IMG/VR virus record: IMGVR_UViG_3300046169_000098
Source of the DNA: an uncultured virus (IMG/VR IMGVR_UViG_3300046169_000098)
Lineage: Duplodnaviria > Heunggongvirae > Uroviricota > Caudoviricetes
Length of the DNA stretch: 20,000 nt
Reading direction: 5' to 3' (one strand)
The position numbers and the translations under genes are program-made. The notes under the pieces were generated by a model. That model was not told the origin of the DNA and made no database searches. It saw only the letters and a list, made by a program, of their open reading frames with translations. This document shows positions 1 through 7,276 of the stretch, in pieces (position 1 is the first letter of the stretch; the number at the start of each line of letters is the position of its first letter).

Positions 1-344
1 CCTTCATAAATTGCACCTTCTTGTAATTCAGGTAACATGTTAACGTTAGACTCGTATTGCTCCATTTTGTCATATAGCTCTTGAGCATAGACTTCTCTAG
101 AGTACACTTTGTCTCCGTTTCTAGTTTTAATATGTGGATTTGGTTTTCTAAGTCTTGTTACACATGAAGCTTCATAGTCATCCCATTGAAATTCTCCTGC
201 CTCATTGTACCACTGTTCGTTTCCGTCGGTTTCTTCGACTTTAGCCTTTTCGTCAACTACTGTTTCGGTTTCTGATTGTACCTTCTTTGCATCTAGAACG
301 ACCGTAGTTTCGCCGATTCTAGCCCTTTTTGTTTTGTTTGTCAT
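1..344 (-). CDS. Probable phage-encoded ribosomal protein S1 (bS1)-like protein, N-terminal part (runs off the window edge)
   Basis: Not in the ORF track because it has no stop in the window. Manual translation from ATG at 344 is open to base 1: MTNKTKRARIGETTVVLDAKKVQSETETVVDEKAKVEETDGNEQWYNEAGEFQWDDYEASCVTRLRKPNPHIKTRNGDKVYSREVYAQELYDKMEQYESNVNMLPELQEGAIYEG. The F-x-W-D-x-Y-E motif, the 'ELY' helix and 'LQEGAIYEG' (start of an S1 OB strand) recall the N-terminus of Bacteroidota bS1. The CDS itself is well supported; the product call is from memory. Confidence 0.6.
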   Translation of the reverse strand, partial: MTNKTKRARIGETTVVLDAKKVQSETETVVDEKAKVEETDGNEQWYNEAGEFQWDDYEASCVTRLRKPNPHIKTRNGDKVYSREVYAQELYDKMEQYESNVNMLPELQEGAIYE

Positions 345-371
345 TTATTTTTATATTAAGAGTGTAACATA

Positions 372-380
372 TTATATATC
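372..380 (-). promoter_or_regulatory. Putative phage late promoter motif GATATATAA upstream of the S1-like gene
   Basis: Exact GATATATAA on the minus strand, 27 nt upstream of the ATG at 344. The same 9-mer recurs upstream of three other gene starts. Confidence 0.55.
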
Positions 381-390
381 CTTCTATTTT

Positions 391-864
391 TTAGAACACG
401 ACAGGTACAAAACCTACCATAGGCACTGGGCCAGCAGGTGTTGGAATACCTCCAAGATATAATAATTTAAATTCTAATAAGTGCATTGCATATGTCGCTG
501 CCAAAGCAGTTGCGACAACTGTTGCAGGTGGTTTAGTTGGTGGAATCATAAATGATTTACCAGAATTCCAAGCTCTTCTTAGGTTATTAGCTAATCTAGT
601 TTTTCCACCATAATAAATCGGTACATAAATACCAGTCAGTGGCGCTGTAATTAATGCCGGAGGCATTGGCGTACTTGGGGCAAATGGTTTTACAATACAC
701 AAATACCAGTAAGTTATGGTGACAGCTGCCATTTCTTCATATGGGTCACCACCTGGCCATGTAAAGTTTATATCTGCACCTTCTTCTTGCTCATCACACT
801 GCATCTGCTTCTTCTTTTGATTTTTCAGCTTGAAAATATTGAAATTTAAAAACAGTTCCACCAT
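391..864 (-). CDS. C-terminal fragment of a frameshifted ~649-aa baseplate/spike-associated protein (reconstructed gene 391-2344)
   Basis: Pro/Gly-rich hydrophobic C-terminus (HLLEFKLLYLGGIPTPAGPVPMVGFVPVVF). The first ~20 residues of the track ORF look off-frame. Protein-like sequence continues upstream through +1 shifts near 797-830, 912-925 and 976-985. Confidence 0.55.
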   Translation of the reverse strand: MVELFLNFNIFKLKNQKKKQMQCDEQEEGADINFTWPGGDPYEEMAAVTITYWYLCIVKPFAPSTPMPPALITAPLTGIYVPIYYGGKTRLANNLRRAWNSGKSFMIPPTKPPATVVATALAATYAMHLLEFKLLYLGGIPTPAGPVPMVGFVPVVF

Positions 865-972
865 TTTTTGGATCTATTTCTAAAAACTGATCTAAAACTG
901 CCTTAGCGTCAGTAGGCATTCGGACTTATGTTAGATACTGCGTTTGGTATTTTTGCCCAATGTCTTTCATAT

Positions 973-1977
973 TCATAATTCAACATATTCATTTTTCACA
1001 TATTGATTATTTTTGTCCCACCATAGAATTTTATTACTATCGTTTAATACAATGTTGGGTGCCTCACCTTCTTCTAGATTTAAATTACCTAAATTACCTG
1101 TACTAGAATATTGATTTACAGATTTTATTGTACTACTATCATATGAAAAGAATGCTATTACACTATCAGTCAGTATCCTAGGTCTTTTGCTTTCATGTTG
1201 TGGTAAATCACGTTCTCTATTAAAAGAGACCTGACACTTATATTCGTCTAGTGGACAAAGCACATCTTCACTTAGGTCTGGTGATGGCATTGGAGTTTCT
1301 GCCTTTCTACCAAGTGATAGCCTTTTAAATAAATCATTTTCAGTATAAACGTATTCGCTTCTATTACCGCTTGCAGCCACCGTAACCTCATATGCTGGAA
1401 ACGCAACATCTATTGCTTCTTTAAATACTCTAGAAACACCATCTACTATTTGTTTCCAATTATCATAGCCTGCATTTTTTATATCGTTTCTTACTTGAGT
1501 TTCTACGTTTACATACGGGAATCTTTGCTTCCATTGGCTACTAGCATAGTAGTAATTATTTGCGACAAAGTCTTCGTAATTTGCCTTACCTAAACTCGTG
1601 GCCCATCTAATATAATTAAATTGGCCGTTTAAACTACCTATTTTATCAAATTGCTGTAAAAGTCTATTTGCGAATAAATCAATAATATCACTTGCAGATT
1701 CTTTGCCATCTAAGCAATGAAATTGAAAAAACCTAAATTTATATAAGTCATATTTAGGATTATCTTTATTTTCATTTATAAACTTAGAAAATTTCTTATC
1801 TATTTTCTTTTGTTCTTCTATTGGATCTGGTGGTACAATTGGTTCAGGACAAAGGTCAGCATAATCTGGATGTGATTCTTTTCCCATTTCTGTGATATTA
1901 CCATCTTCATCCTTTTGATCCATTAGTGGAATATCACCTTCTTTTAATAATCTTTCAAATACTAAGACCATATCCAT
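973..1977 (-). CDS. Middle fragment of the frameshifted ~649-aa protein downstream of the spike gene
   Basis: 334-aa ORF that joins the upstream 129-aa ORF by removing one base in GGTCTTAGTATTTGAA (gives ...NGYG-L-VFERLLKEGD). No recognisable domain. Confidence 0.55.
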   Translation of the reverse strand: MDMVLVFERLLKEGDIPLMDQKDEDGNITEMGKESHPDYADLCPEPIVPPDPIEEQKKIDKKFSKFINENKDNPKYDLYKFRFFQFHCLDGKESASDIIDLFANRLLQQFDKIGSLNGQFNYIRWATSLGKANYEDFVANNYYYASSQWKQRFPYVNVETQVRNDIKNAGYDNWKQIVDGVSRVFKEAIDVAFPAYEVTVAASGNRSEYVYTENDLFKRLSLGRKAETPMPSPDLSEDVLCPLDEYKCQVSFNRERDLPQHESKRPRILTDSVIAFFSYDSSTIKSVNQYSSTGNLGNLNLEEGEAPNIVLNDSNKILWWDKNNQYVKNEYVEL

Positions 1978-2344
1978 TCTTTAGAAATTCTTCAGCCGCA
2001 CCGTTGTTGGTATGCGTTGCTCCAACTGGTGTCATTGCAGCACCTTTTACTGCATCTAAATAGTCCTGCGCTATTGCAACACCAAAGTCATATCTGCCAC
2101 TTAAGGGATTTGTATTGCCTATATTAGTAAACTGAGAAGGATTAGTGGCTAAGTTTGCGTTTAGTGGATTTCCTGGCTTTACTGCATTTGCAAGTGCAGG
2201 TGTTGGTGGAAAAATATTTACTTGATCTGCTCCAACTTTAGGTGTCTCATATGATTGCGTTGCTAGCCCACCAGGTTTTGTAAACTGATGGCTTGAGATC
2301 GTATTGGCAGCAGCGCTTATAAATGATGGCCAGATTACGGGCAT
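1955..2344 (-). CDS. N-terminal fragment of the frameshifted ~649-aa virion-associated protein
   Basis: Starts 2 nt after the spike gene stop (MPVIWPSFISAAANTI...). Terminates at a TGA a few codons after the inferred +1 shift at ~1965. Confidence 0.55.
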   Translation of the reverse strand: MPVIWPSFISAAANTISSHQFTKPGGLATQSYETPKVGADQVNIFPPTPALANAVKPGNPLNANLATNPSQFTNIGNTNPLSGRYDFGVAIAQDYLDAVKGAAMTPVGATHTNNGAAEEFLKNGYGLSI

Positions 2345-2346
2345 AA

Positions 2347-3063
2347 TTACTTATTCTTTTGTTGATAGTTAATATGAGTACTTGATAATTTTGCTACTGT
2401 CGCCGGTGTTGGTGGCATTGGAGGTCCAGATGGCCCAACTCCAGTTGGGTGTATATGTGCATTATAGTCATCCAATAATGCTTGTAACCAATCTTGTAAA
2501 GATTGACCTCTCACTGCAGGTTCAGTTTCGTCTGCTCCACCTTCACCGGTATTAGAAACGAAAATATCACCACAATCTAAAAACACTTTATCATCTGTTG
2601 AAATTTTAATAAAACCATCTTCATCAATCTGAATCATAGGTCTTTCTTTGGCACCACTACCGCGTGTAATGATTAGCCCATCTTCAGGAGAATGATATAT
2701 CCTTAAGTTTCTTTCCGCATCGTATACTAAACTGATTACATCATGTGGCGCGTCCGATGATTCTAAAACATCACCCTTAAGATCATCATTTTGGTCTATT
2801 TGAAACCAATATTCTGGGTGGTAAATATTTCCATTGTCAAATCTAACTGCAACTATATCGCCAACTCGAGGAACCGAATGAGCGCCGACTTGATCTCTAT
2901 TCATAGGTGTTGCCCATGGAATAGCGTCTTCTGTTAATGTGTCAAATTTACCATAAACCTTTACCCTACATCTTCCTTGTAATAATGGATCCTCGTTGAC
3001 AACTACCTCACCAAGCCAGTGAGTTTCTCTAATGTTGTCTTTGTAAAGCTCTTTATCATTCAT
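2347..3063 (-). CDS. Baseplate central spike protein, T4 gp5 N-terminal OB-fold / P2 gpV-like, without lysozyme domain
   Basis: N-terminal WLGEVVVNEDPLLQGRCRVKVYG...IPWA...VPRVGDIVAVRFDNGNIYHPEYW matches the gp5/VgrG OB-fold signature. C-terminal YNAHIHPTGVGPSGPP carries the HxH metal-binding apex motif of gpV-type spikes. Confidence 0.85.
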   Translation of the reverse strand: MNDKELYKDNIRETHWLGEVVVNEDPLLQGRCRVKVYGKFDTLTEDAIPWATPMNRDQVGAHSVPRVGDIVAVRFDNGNIYHPEYWFQIDQNDDLKGDVLESSDAPHDVISLVYDAERNLRIYHSPEDGLIITRGSGAKERPMIQIDEDGFIKISTDDKVFLDCGDIFVSNTGEGGADETEPAVRGQSLQDWLQALLDDYNAHIHPTGVGPSGPPMPPTPATVAKLSSTHINYQQKNK

Positions 3064-4420
3064 GTACGTTATCGTTTAAGTTACCGTCTGGTGTTGAATC
3101 TACACCTGTATTTATTCCGCCATATACATTATCGCTACCAAGCTCGTCACTGTCGGCTGGTATGTCATCGTATACTTTCTTAGGAGAAATATTACCATCA
3201 GGTGAGGAGTCTTGTACAAAATTATCGGCTGGGTAAATATTACCTGGAGACATGTCTCCTGATTCATTATTACTATTGTTAGTAAATAGTTGTCCAGCTA
3301 AGTTAGCGATTGCATTTACACTTCCCGAAGAAATAGCGTCTTGTATACTTCCTAATCCGCCAGCTCCGTGTACATTACCTAATAATAAAGCTGCAGTTGC
3401 ACTTTCAAGTGCTTGATCAGCCAAACTAGCCAAAGGACCACTTACACCCAATCTACTACCATATACGTTAGCTAATCCATTTGGATCTTGAGAAAACGCA
3501 CCTTTAAAATTATCTATTTTACCCATTACACCATCTTTGATAGACTTTAATTTATCATTAGCTGCATCTTTGATAGCTTGCTTTGGATCAAATGGACCGA
3601 AATCATATGGGTTTGGATTTCCAACAACACCAAGACCTTCTTGTACTTCTGCTTCATTTGGATATTTTGATCCTGATTGAGTTACAGATTTCCACTTAAT
3701 TGCAATTTTAGGTTTTCTTAACTCTGGGTTTTTACCTAAGTCTGCATACATTGTAGCTATTGAATCAATGTCAAATTCACAAAAATCAAATTGTAATTTG
3801 ATAAAAGGTTTTGCGGTTAGATTCAAGGTCTCGTGAATAGGCTGAGGCTCTTTAGCATCTTTATGTACTGGAGAACTTCTTTTATACGAGGCATCTAAAT
3901 CTTTAGCATGTGTATCTTGCTGAAATTGTCTAATCTCTGAAACATAGATGTGCATTCTAAAATATCTAATGTTATGTGGAATTATTTCAATCCATCTATT
4001 AAAATCATATACTGCACTCTTATATAGGTCCATTAAAGAAATGGCTGTTAAATCAACAGTTTCTTCTAGACATTCTATCTCTAGTTTAGGATCTTCTGCT
4101 CCCCAATATGGCTCTGCTAAATTCTTATATTGTTGAGAAAGCTCTAAGCCGCTTATAGTTTGCCAAAACCATGGAAGTTCTAAGTTAATTTTGAATAATA
4201 GCTTTTTAAATGCATTTAAATTAGCAGCTAATTTTTTACCATAATCACCACCTACTGTTTCTAATAAATATTTTTCAGCAGTACCGTTAAATAGGGGAGA
4301 TTCTCTTGAAGACTTTTCAAATAGAATTAACCAACTTAAATAAGTTGGATCTTCATTAATAGTCCTAAGTTGAGTTCCCTTTTTAAACTCTTTGGCATGT
4401 TTATATAAATCTTGCTGCAT
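3056..4420 (-). CDS. Putative baseplate/tail-tube-like structural protein (possibly gp54/gp48-like) with low-complexity repeat C-terminus
   Basis: 454-aa ORF between the hub-like and spike genes, overlapping the spike start by 8 nt. Alternating hydrophobic strands (KLEIECLE, FRMHIYVSE, FIKLQFDFCEF) are compatible with a tube-like fold. Function is inferred from synteny. Confidence 0.45.
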   Translation of the reverse strand: MQQDLYKHAKEFKKGTQLRTINEDPTYLSWLILFEKSSRESPLFNGTAEKYLLETVGGDYGKKLAANLNAFKKLLFKINLELPWFWQTISGLELSQQYKNLAEPYWGAEDPKLEIECLEETVDLTAISLMDLYKSAVYDFNRWIEIIPHNIRYFRMHIYVSEIRQFQQDTHAKDLDASYKRSSPVHKDAKEPQPIHETLNLTAKPFIKLQFDFCEFDIDSIATMYADLGKNPELRKPKIAIKWKSVTQSGSKYPNEAEVQEGLGVVGNPNPYDFGPFDPKQAIKDAANDKLKSIKDGVMGKIDNFKGAFSQDPNGLANVYGSRLGVSGPLASLADQALESATAALLLGNVHGAGGLGSIQDAISSGSVNAIANLAGQLFTNNSNNESGDMSPGNIYPADNFVQDSSPDGNISPKKVYDDIPADSDELGSDNVYGGINTGVDSTPDGNLNDNVHE

Positions 4421-4423
4421 ATC

Positions 4424-4432
4424 TTATATATT
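4424..4432 (-). promoter_or_regulatory. Putative late promoter variant AATATATAA, 3 nt before the ATG at 4420
   Basis: Minus strand reads CG-AATATATAA-GAT-ATG, with the same 3-nt spacing as the copies before 6414 and 19980. Confidence 0.45.
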
Positions 4433-4457
4433 CGATTTTGGTTGCATGTTTTGGGCA

Positions 4458-5501
4458 TTAAGATTCTTCTGTAACCTCCACTGAAGAAGTTCCTGTAAAT
4501 GTTTTGCCCTCTGCTTGTATTTGAATAGTAAGATCATATGTTTGAGGATCAAATTCTCCTGTTTGTGAGAGATCTAATACCCATGTTCCATTGTTCTTAA
4601 CTGACATTCCGTAACTTGGTCCAATTAATGTATCATCTATATCTGCTTGCCAAGAATCAAACCCTGCAACTTCCTTATTTGCAGTCCACGTACCTTCAAA
4701 TACAGCATATGTACTATTACCAAACGTAGCTTGAATATCTTGTTGAGATGTAGTTTTAGTAAATCCTATTTCTATTTCTAATTCCACATCAGGTGCTGGT
4801 TCAGGTGTTGGTTCTGGCGTTGGCTCTGGTGTTGGTTCTGGCGTTGGTTCTGATGTTGGCTCTGGTGGTGGAGGTGGACTATTATCTGCACCATTATCGG
4901 CGTTTTCGTCAAAGGTCGCTTCTTTTAAATCGGCAACTTTAGTCGGCCACTCTCTTCTAATTAAAGTAACCTCTTGAGATAATCCAGATTCTATGTCGTA
5001 GTTAATGTTAATATTTTCTATTATATAAAAACCTGTCAAAAATCTATCAACCACCTGCGAGTTAGATTCTTCTTCTCTTTCACCAGTGTCTGGCACAATA
5101 GCTTGCTCCGAAAAACCAGCTTCATCCTGTTTGGCTTGTGCTTCTTCTGCTGCCTTAATTTTTACACCATCATAATGATACATCAACAATGGTATTTTTT
5201 GGAACTTATACAATGCAGGGTTAAAACTACTTAAAGTAACTTTAACTTTCATCTTTTGAGTTTCCATTTCATTTTGCTTCTGAAACAACTTAGAGTAAAT
5301 TGCATTCTTATGTGTGTTACCTAAACCATCGTCTCCTGCATTTTGACGACCCATATACTTAAACTTAACATTTTCTTGGTAACGTTCTTCAGTTCTTCTA
5401 CCCTTTAGTGGCTCTTCAATATCTCTGAGATTGGTTGAACTTAAAGGCTCAATATCAAATCGTTGTAATCTATCTGAATCACTATTGTTATCATATAGCA
5501 T
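4458..5501 (-). CDS. C-terminal fragment of a baseplate hub-like protein (reconstructed gene 4458-6414, ~651 aa) with a PEPT linker and terminal Ig-like domain
   Basis: LTGFYIIENININYD...QEVTLIRREW resembles the C-terminal strands of gp27/gpD-type hub proteins. These are followed by (PEPT)n and a ~110-aa beta-rich domain. Joins the upstream ORF by removing one A in GGGTAACAAG (gives SLKAG-Y-KRNIMLYD). Confidence 0.6.
   Translation of the reverse strand: MLYDNNSDSDRLQRFDIEPLSSTNLRDIEEPLKGRRTEERYQENVKFKYMGRQNAGDDGLGNTHKNAIYSKLFQKQNEMETQKMKVKVTLSSFNPALYKFQKIPLLMYHYDGVKIKAAEEAQAKQDEAGFSEQAIVPDTGEREEESNSQVVDRFLTGFYIIENININYDIESGLSQEVTLIRREWPTKVADLKEATFDENADNGADNSPPPPPEPTSEPTPEPTPEPTPEPTPEPAPDVELEIEIGFTKTTSQQDIQATFGNSTYAVFEGTWTANKEVAGFDSWQADIDDTLIGPSYGMSVKNNGTWVLDLSQTGEFDPQTYDLTIQIQAEGKTFTGTSSVEVTEES
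4792..4878 (-). repeat. Imperfect 12-bp tandem repeat encoding a Pro-Glu-Pro-Thr linker
   Basis: Encodes PPPPPEPTSEPTPEPTPEPTPEPTPEPAP. Plus-strand units such as ggtgttggttct / ggcgttggctct show synonymous variation. Confidence 0.9.
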
Positions 5502-5514
5502 TATATTTCTCTTG

Positions 5515-6414
5515 TTACCCTGCCTTTAAACTAATTTTACTAGAGTTGTTGATAAGCTCAACTTTGTCGGCGTAGTTATTCATACCTTGAACCTCTCGGT
5601 TATTAGTAAGCATGAGTGGAACCTCAATATCATCTGGATCTTTTCCTTCTGTTTCAGCTGATTCACCCATAGAAACCCCAACCGATGCTAATGCCACTTG
5701 TAGATCATTTATATCAGGATTGCTAGAATTAAAAATCTTGTTTACTTCTACAAAATTCAAATAATAATATTGATCTATGTAAAATTTAGTAAAAGACTCT
5801 TCGTCAATGTAAGCGTCCTTAGCTACAGATTTTATAAACTCTAAATAAGTTTCATATGCTTGTATTCTGGCTTGACTATCGTCAGTTGCATCGATATTTG
5901 TTGCTAATCCTATTTGTAATTCTCTAGCAATCATTTCCATGTGATCCAAAGAACCGGCTGCATCTAGAGTTTGACAATTCTCGGCAAAAAGTTTAGGTAT
6001 TTTTGCAACTCCACTTAAACTAATAGAAGGTGGCTCACCATCAACTTCCCTTTCATTAGATATATCTGTAATATCAAAATCCATGTGAATAGATTTAAAT
6101 GTTTCCTGATTCTTTGAATTTATTAATAGAACAAGTGTATCGCCATCTCTTGGATAGTGATCTACATCAAATGCTTGTTTATTATCTACAACACTAACCG
6201 AAACTTTAGGTACAATGCCCGATAAATCTAAATCAACACTTTGTATATTATCTCTACCGAAAACATATTTATTGATCATAATAAACGGTTCGATATTACC
6301 AGTGTTTTTGGTTTGTTTATCTCCACCCTCTTCTTCACCAGCAGCATACATTTCTATTTCTGTTGGCATTAAAGCTGGTTCTACTACCGCTAAAATATTG
6401 TGTTCTAAATCCAT
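5515..6414 (-). CDS. N-terminal fragment of the baseplate hub-like (T4 gp27 / P2 gpD-like) protein
   Basis: 299-aa ORF directly after the gp53-like gene. Beta-rich N-terminus, a helical segment (LDHMEMIARELQIG) and FYIDQYYYLNFVEVN are compatible with hub proteins. The stop at 5515 arises at the inferred 1-nt insertion. Confidence 0.55.
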   Translation of the reverse strand: MDLEHNILAVVEPALMPTEIEMYAAGEEEGGDKQTKNTGNIEPFIMINKYVFGRDNIQSVDLDLSGIVPKVSVSVVDNKQAFDVDHYPRDGDTLVLLINSKNQETFKSIHMDFDITDISNEREVDGEPPSISLSGVAKIPKLFAENCQTLDAAGSLDHMEMIARELQIGLATNIDATDDSQARIQAYETYLEFIKSVAKDAYIDEESFTKFYIDQYYYLNFVEVNKIFNSSNPDINDLQVALASVGVSMGESAETEGKDPDDIEVPLMLTNNREVQGMNNYADKVELINNSSKISLKAG

Positions 6415-6436
6415 CTATAATATATTAGTTAACTTC

Positions 6437-7261
6437 TTATTTTGCACAAGGTGAATCTTCACTTGCTGGATCATTTCCTGGATTTTTACTCGCAGGTGCA
6501 TCTTTCCCGTTATTGTTATCTCCGGTTTGATCAGCAGAATCACCTTTTGTTTCCGCCGCTTGATTTGCTCCACCTTTACCAGCGTTATTATCTAGTAGAT
6601 TATCTACCTGTGTATCTGTAAGATCGTTTTGTGTATTATTGTTACCAGTATTACCAGTAATGGTTGCTTCATCAAAGTCAGATCCTTGTTGTTCTAGTAC
6701 AATCTCTCTTTGACTTTTTTCTTCATTTTGAGATGCAATAATCTCCGCTGTAATAGACTCAGTAACTGGATCTGTTTGCACTTGAGCACCCATTCTAACT
6801 TGATTTCCGTTAAATTCATAATTCTTTTTACCAACCGGAATTACGTTAGGTGGCAGAAGTGTTTCCTTGTTGTACTTCTTCTTTAATACATCCAATCTAG
6901 CCTTATCTTTCTTACTCAACCTTTTTGTATCCATAAATTGTCTTTTAACAATATTATCTTCGAATGCCATAGGTCTTTCTAATCTATAATATGCTGTGTC
7001 TGGCGAGGGAATTAAAATTATTTCGCCGGGATTTAAACTAAATGGATCAGAAATTCTATTGAATTTTAGAATCATATCAGTTTTAGTGTGATCACCGTAG
7101 TACTTTAAAGCCATCAAATCTGGCCTAACTTTATCATCATCAGTGACAACATGCTCGGCTATAATTTCAGCTCTGTCTTTATTTCTAAAGATCATAGTCG
7201 GCTGAGTCATAATTAATTTGACTGTATCTACTGTTTTATTTACTAAACTTTTAAAATCCAT
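6437..7261 (-). CDS. Baseplate wedge protein, T4 gp53 / LysM-like (tail protein X-like), with long low-complexity acidic tail
   Basis: HVVTDDDKVRPDLMALKYYGDHTKTDMILKFNRISDPFSLNPGEIILIP is the typical gp53/LysM-like motif (RPD..A..YYG....I...N.I.DP......G..I.IP). Confidence 0.75.
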   Translation of the reverse strand: MDFKSLVNKTVDTVKLIMTQPTMIFRNKDRAEIIAEHVVTDDDKVRPDLMALKYYGDHTKTDMILKFNRISDPFSLNPGEIILIPSPDTAYYRLERPMAFEDNIVKRQFMDTKRLSKKDKARLDVLKKKYNKETLLPPNVIPVGKKNYEFNGNQVRMGAQVQTDPVTESITAEIIASQNEEKSQREIVLEQQGSDFDEATITGNTGNNNTQNDLTDTQVDNLLDNNAGKGGANQAAETKGDSADQTGDNNNGKDAPASKNPGNDPASEDSPCAK

Positions 7262-7276
7262 ATTTTAATATTAATA

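Noticed and set aside
865..975. Stop-codon readthrough or alternative genetic code joining the 334-aa and 157-aa ORFs, which are in the same frame
   Set aside because: The intervening frame contains TGA, TGA, TAA and TAG. Three +1 shifts explain it better, and TGA and TAG serve as normal stops elsewhere (e.g. 9224, 10904).
1955..1975. Programmed +1 frameshift at CTT-AGT, resembling yeast Ty1/EST3-type sites
   Set aside because: That mechanism is eukaryotic, and about ten other +1 breaks in the window share no such motif. A sequencing insertion is more parsimonious.
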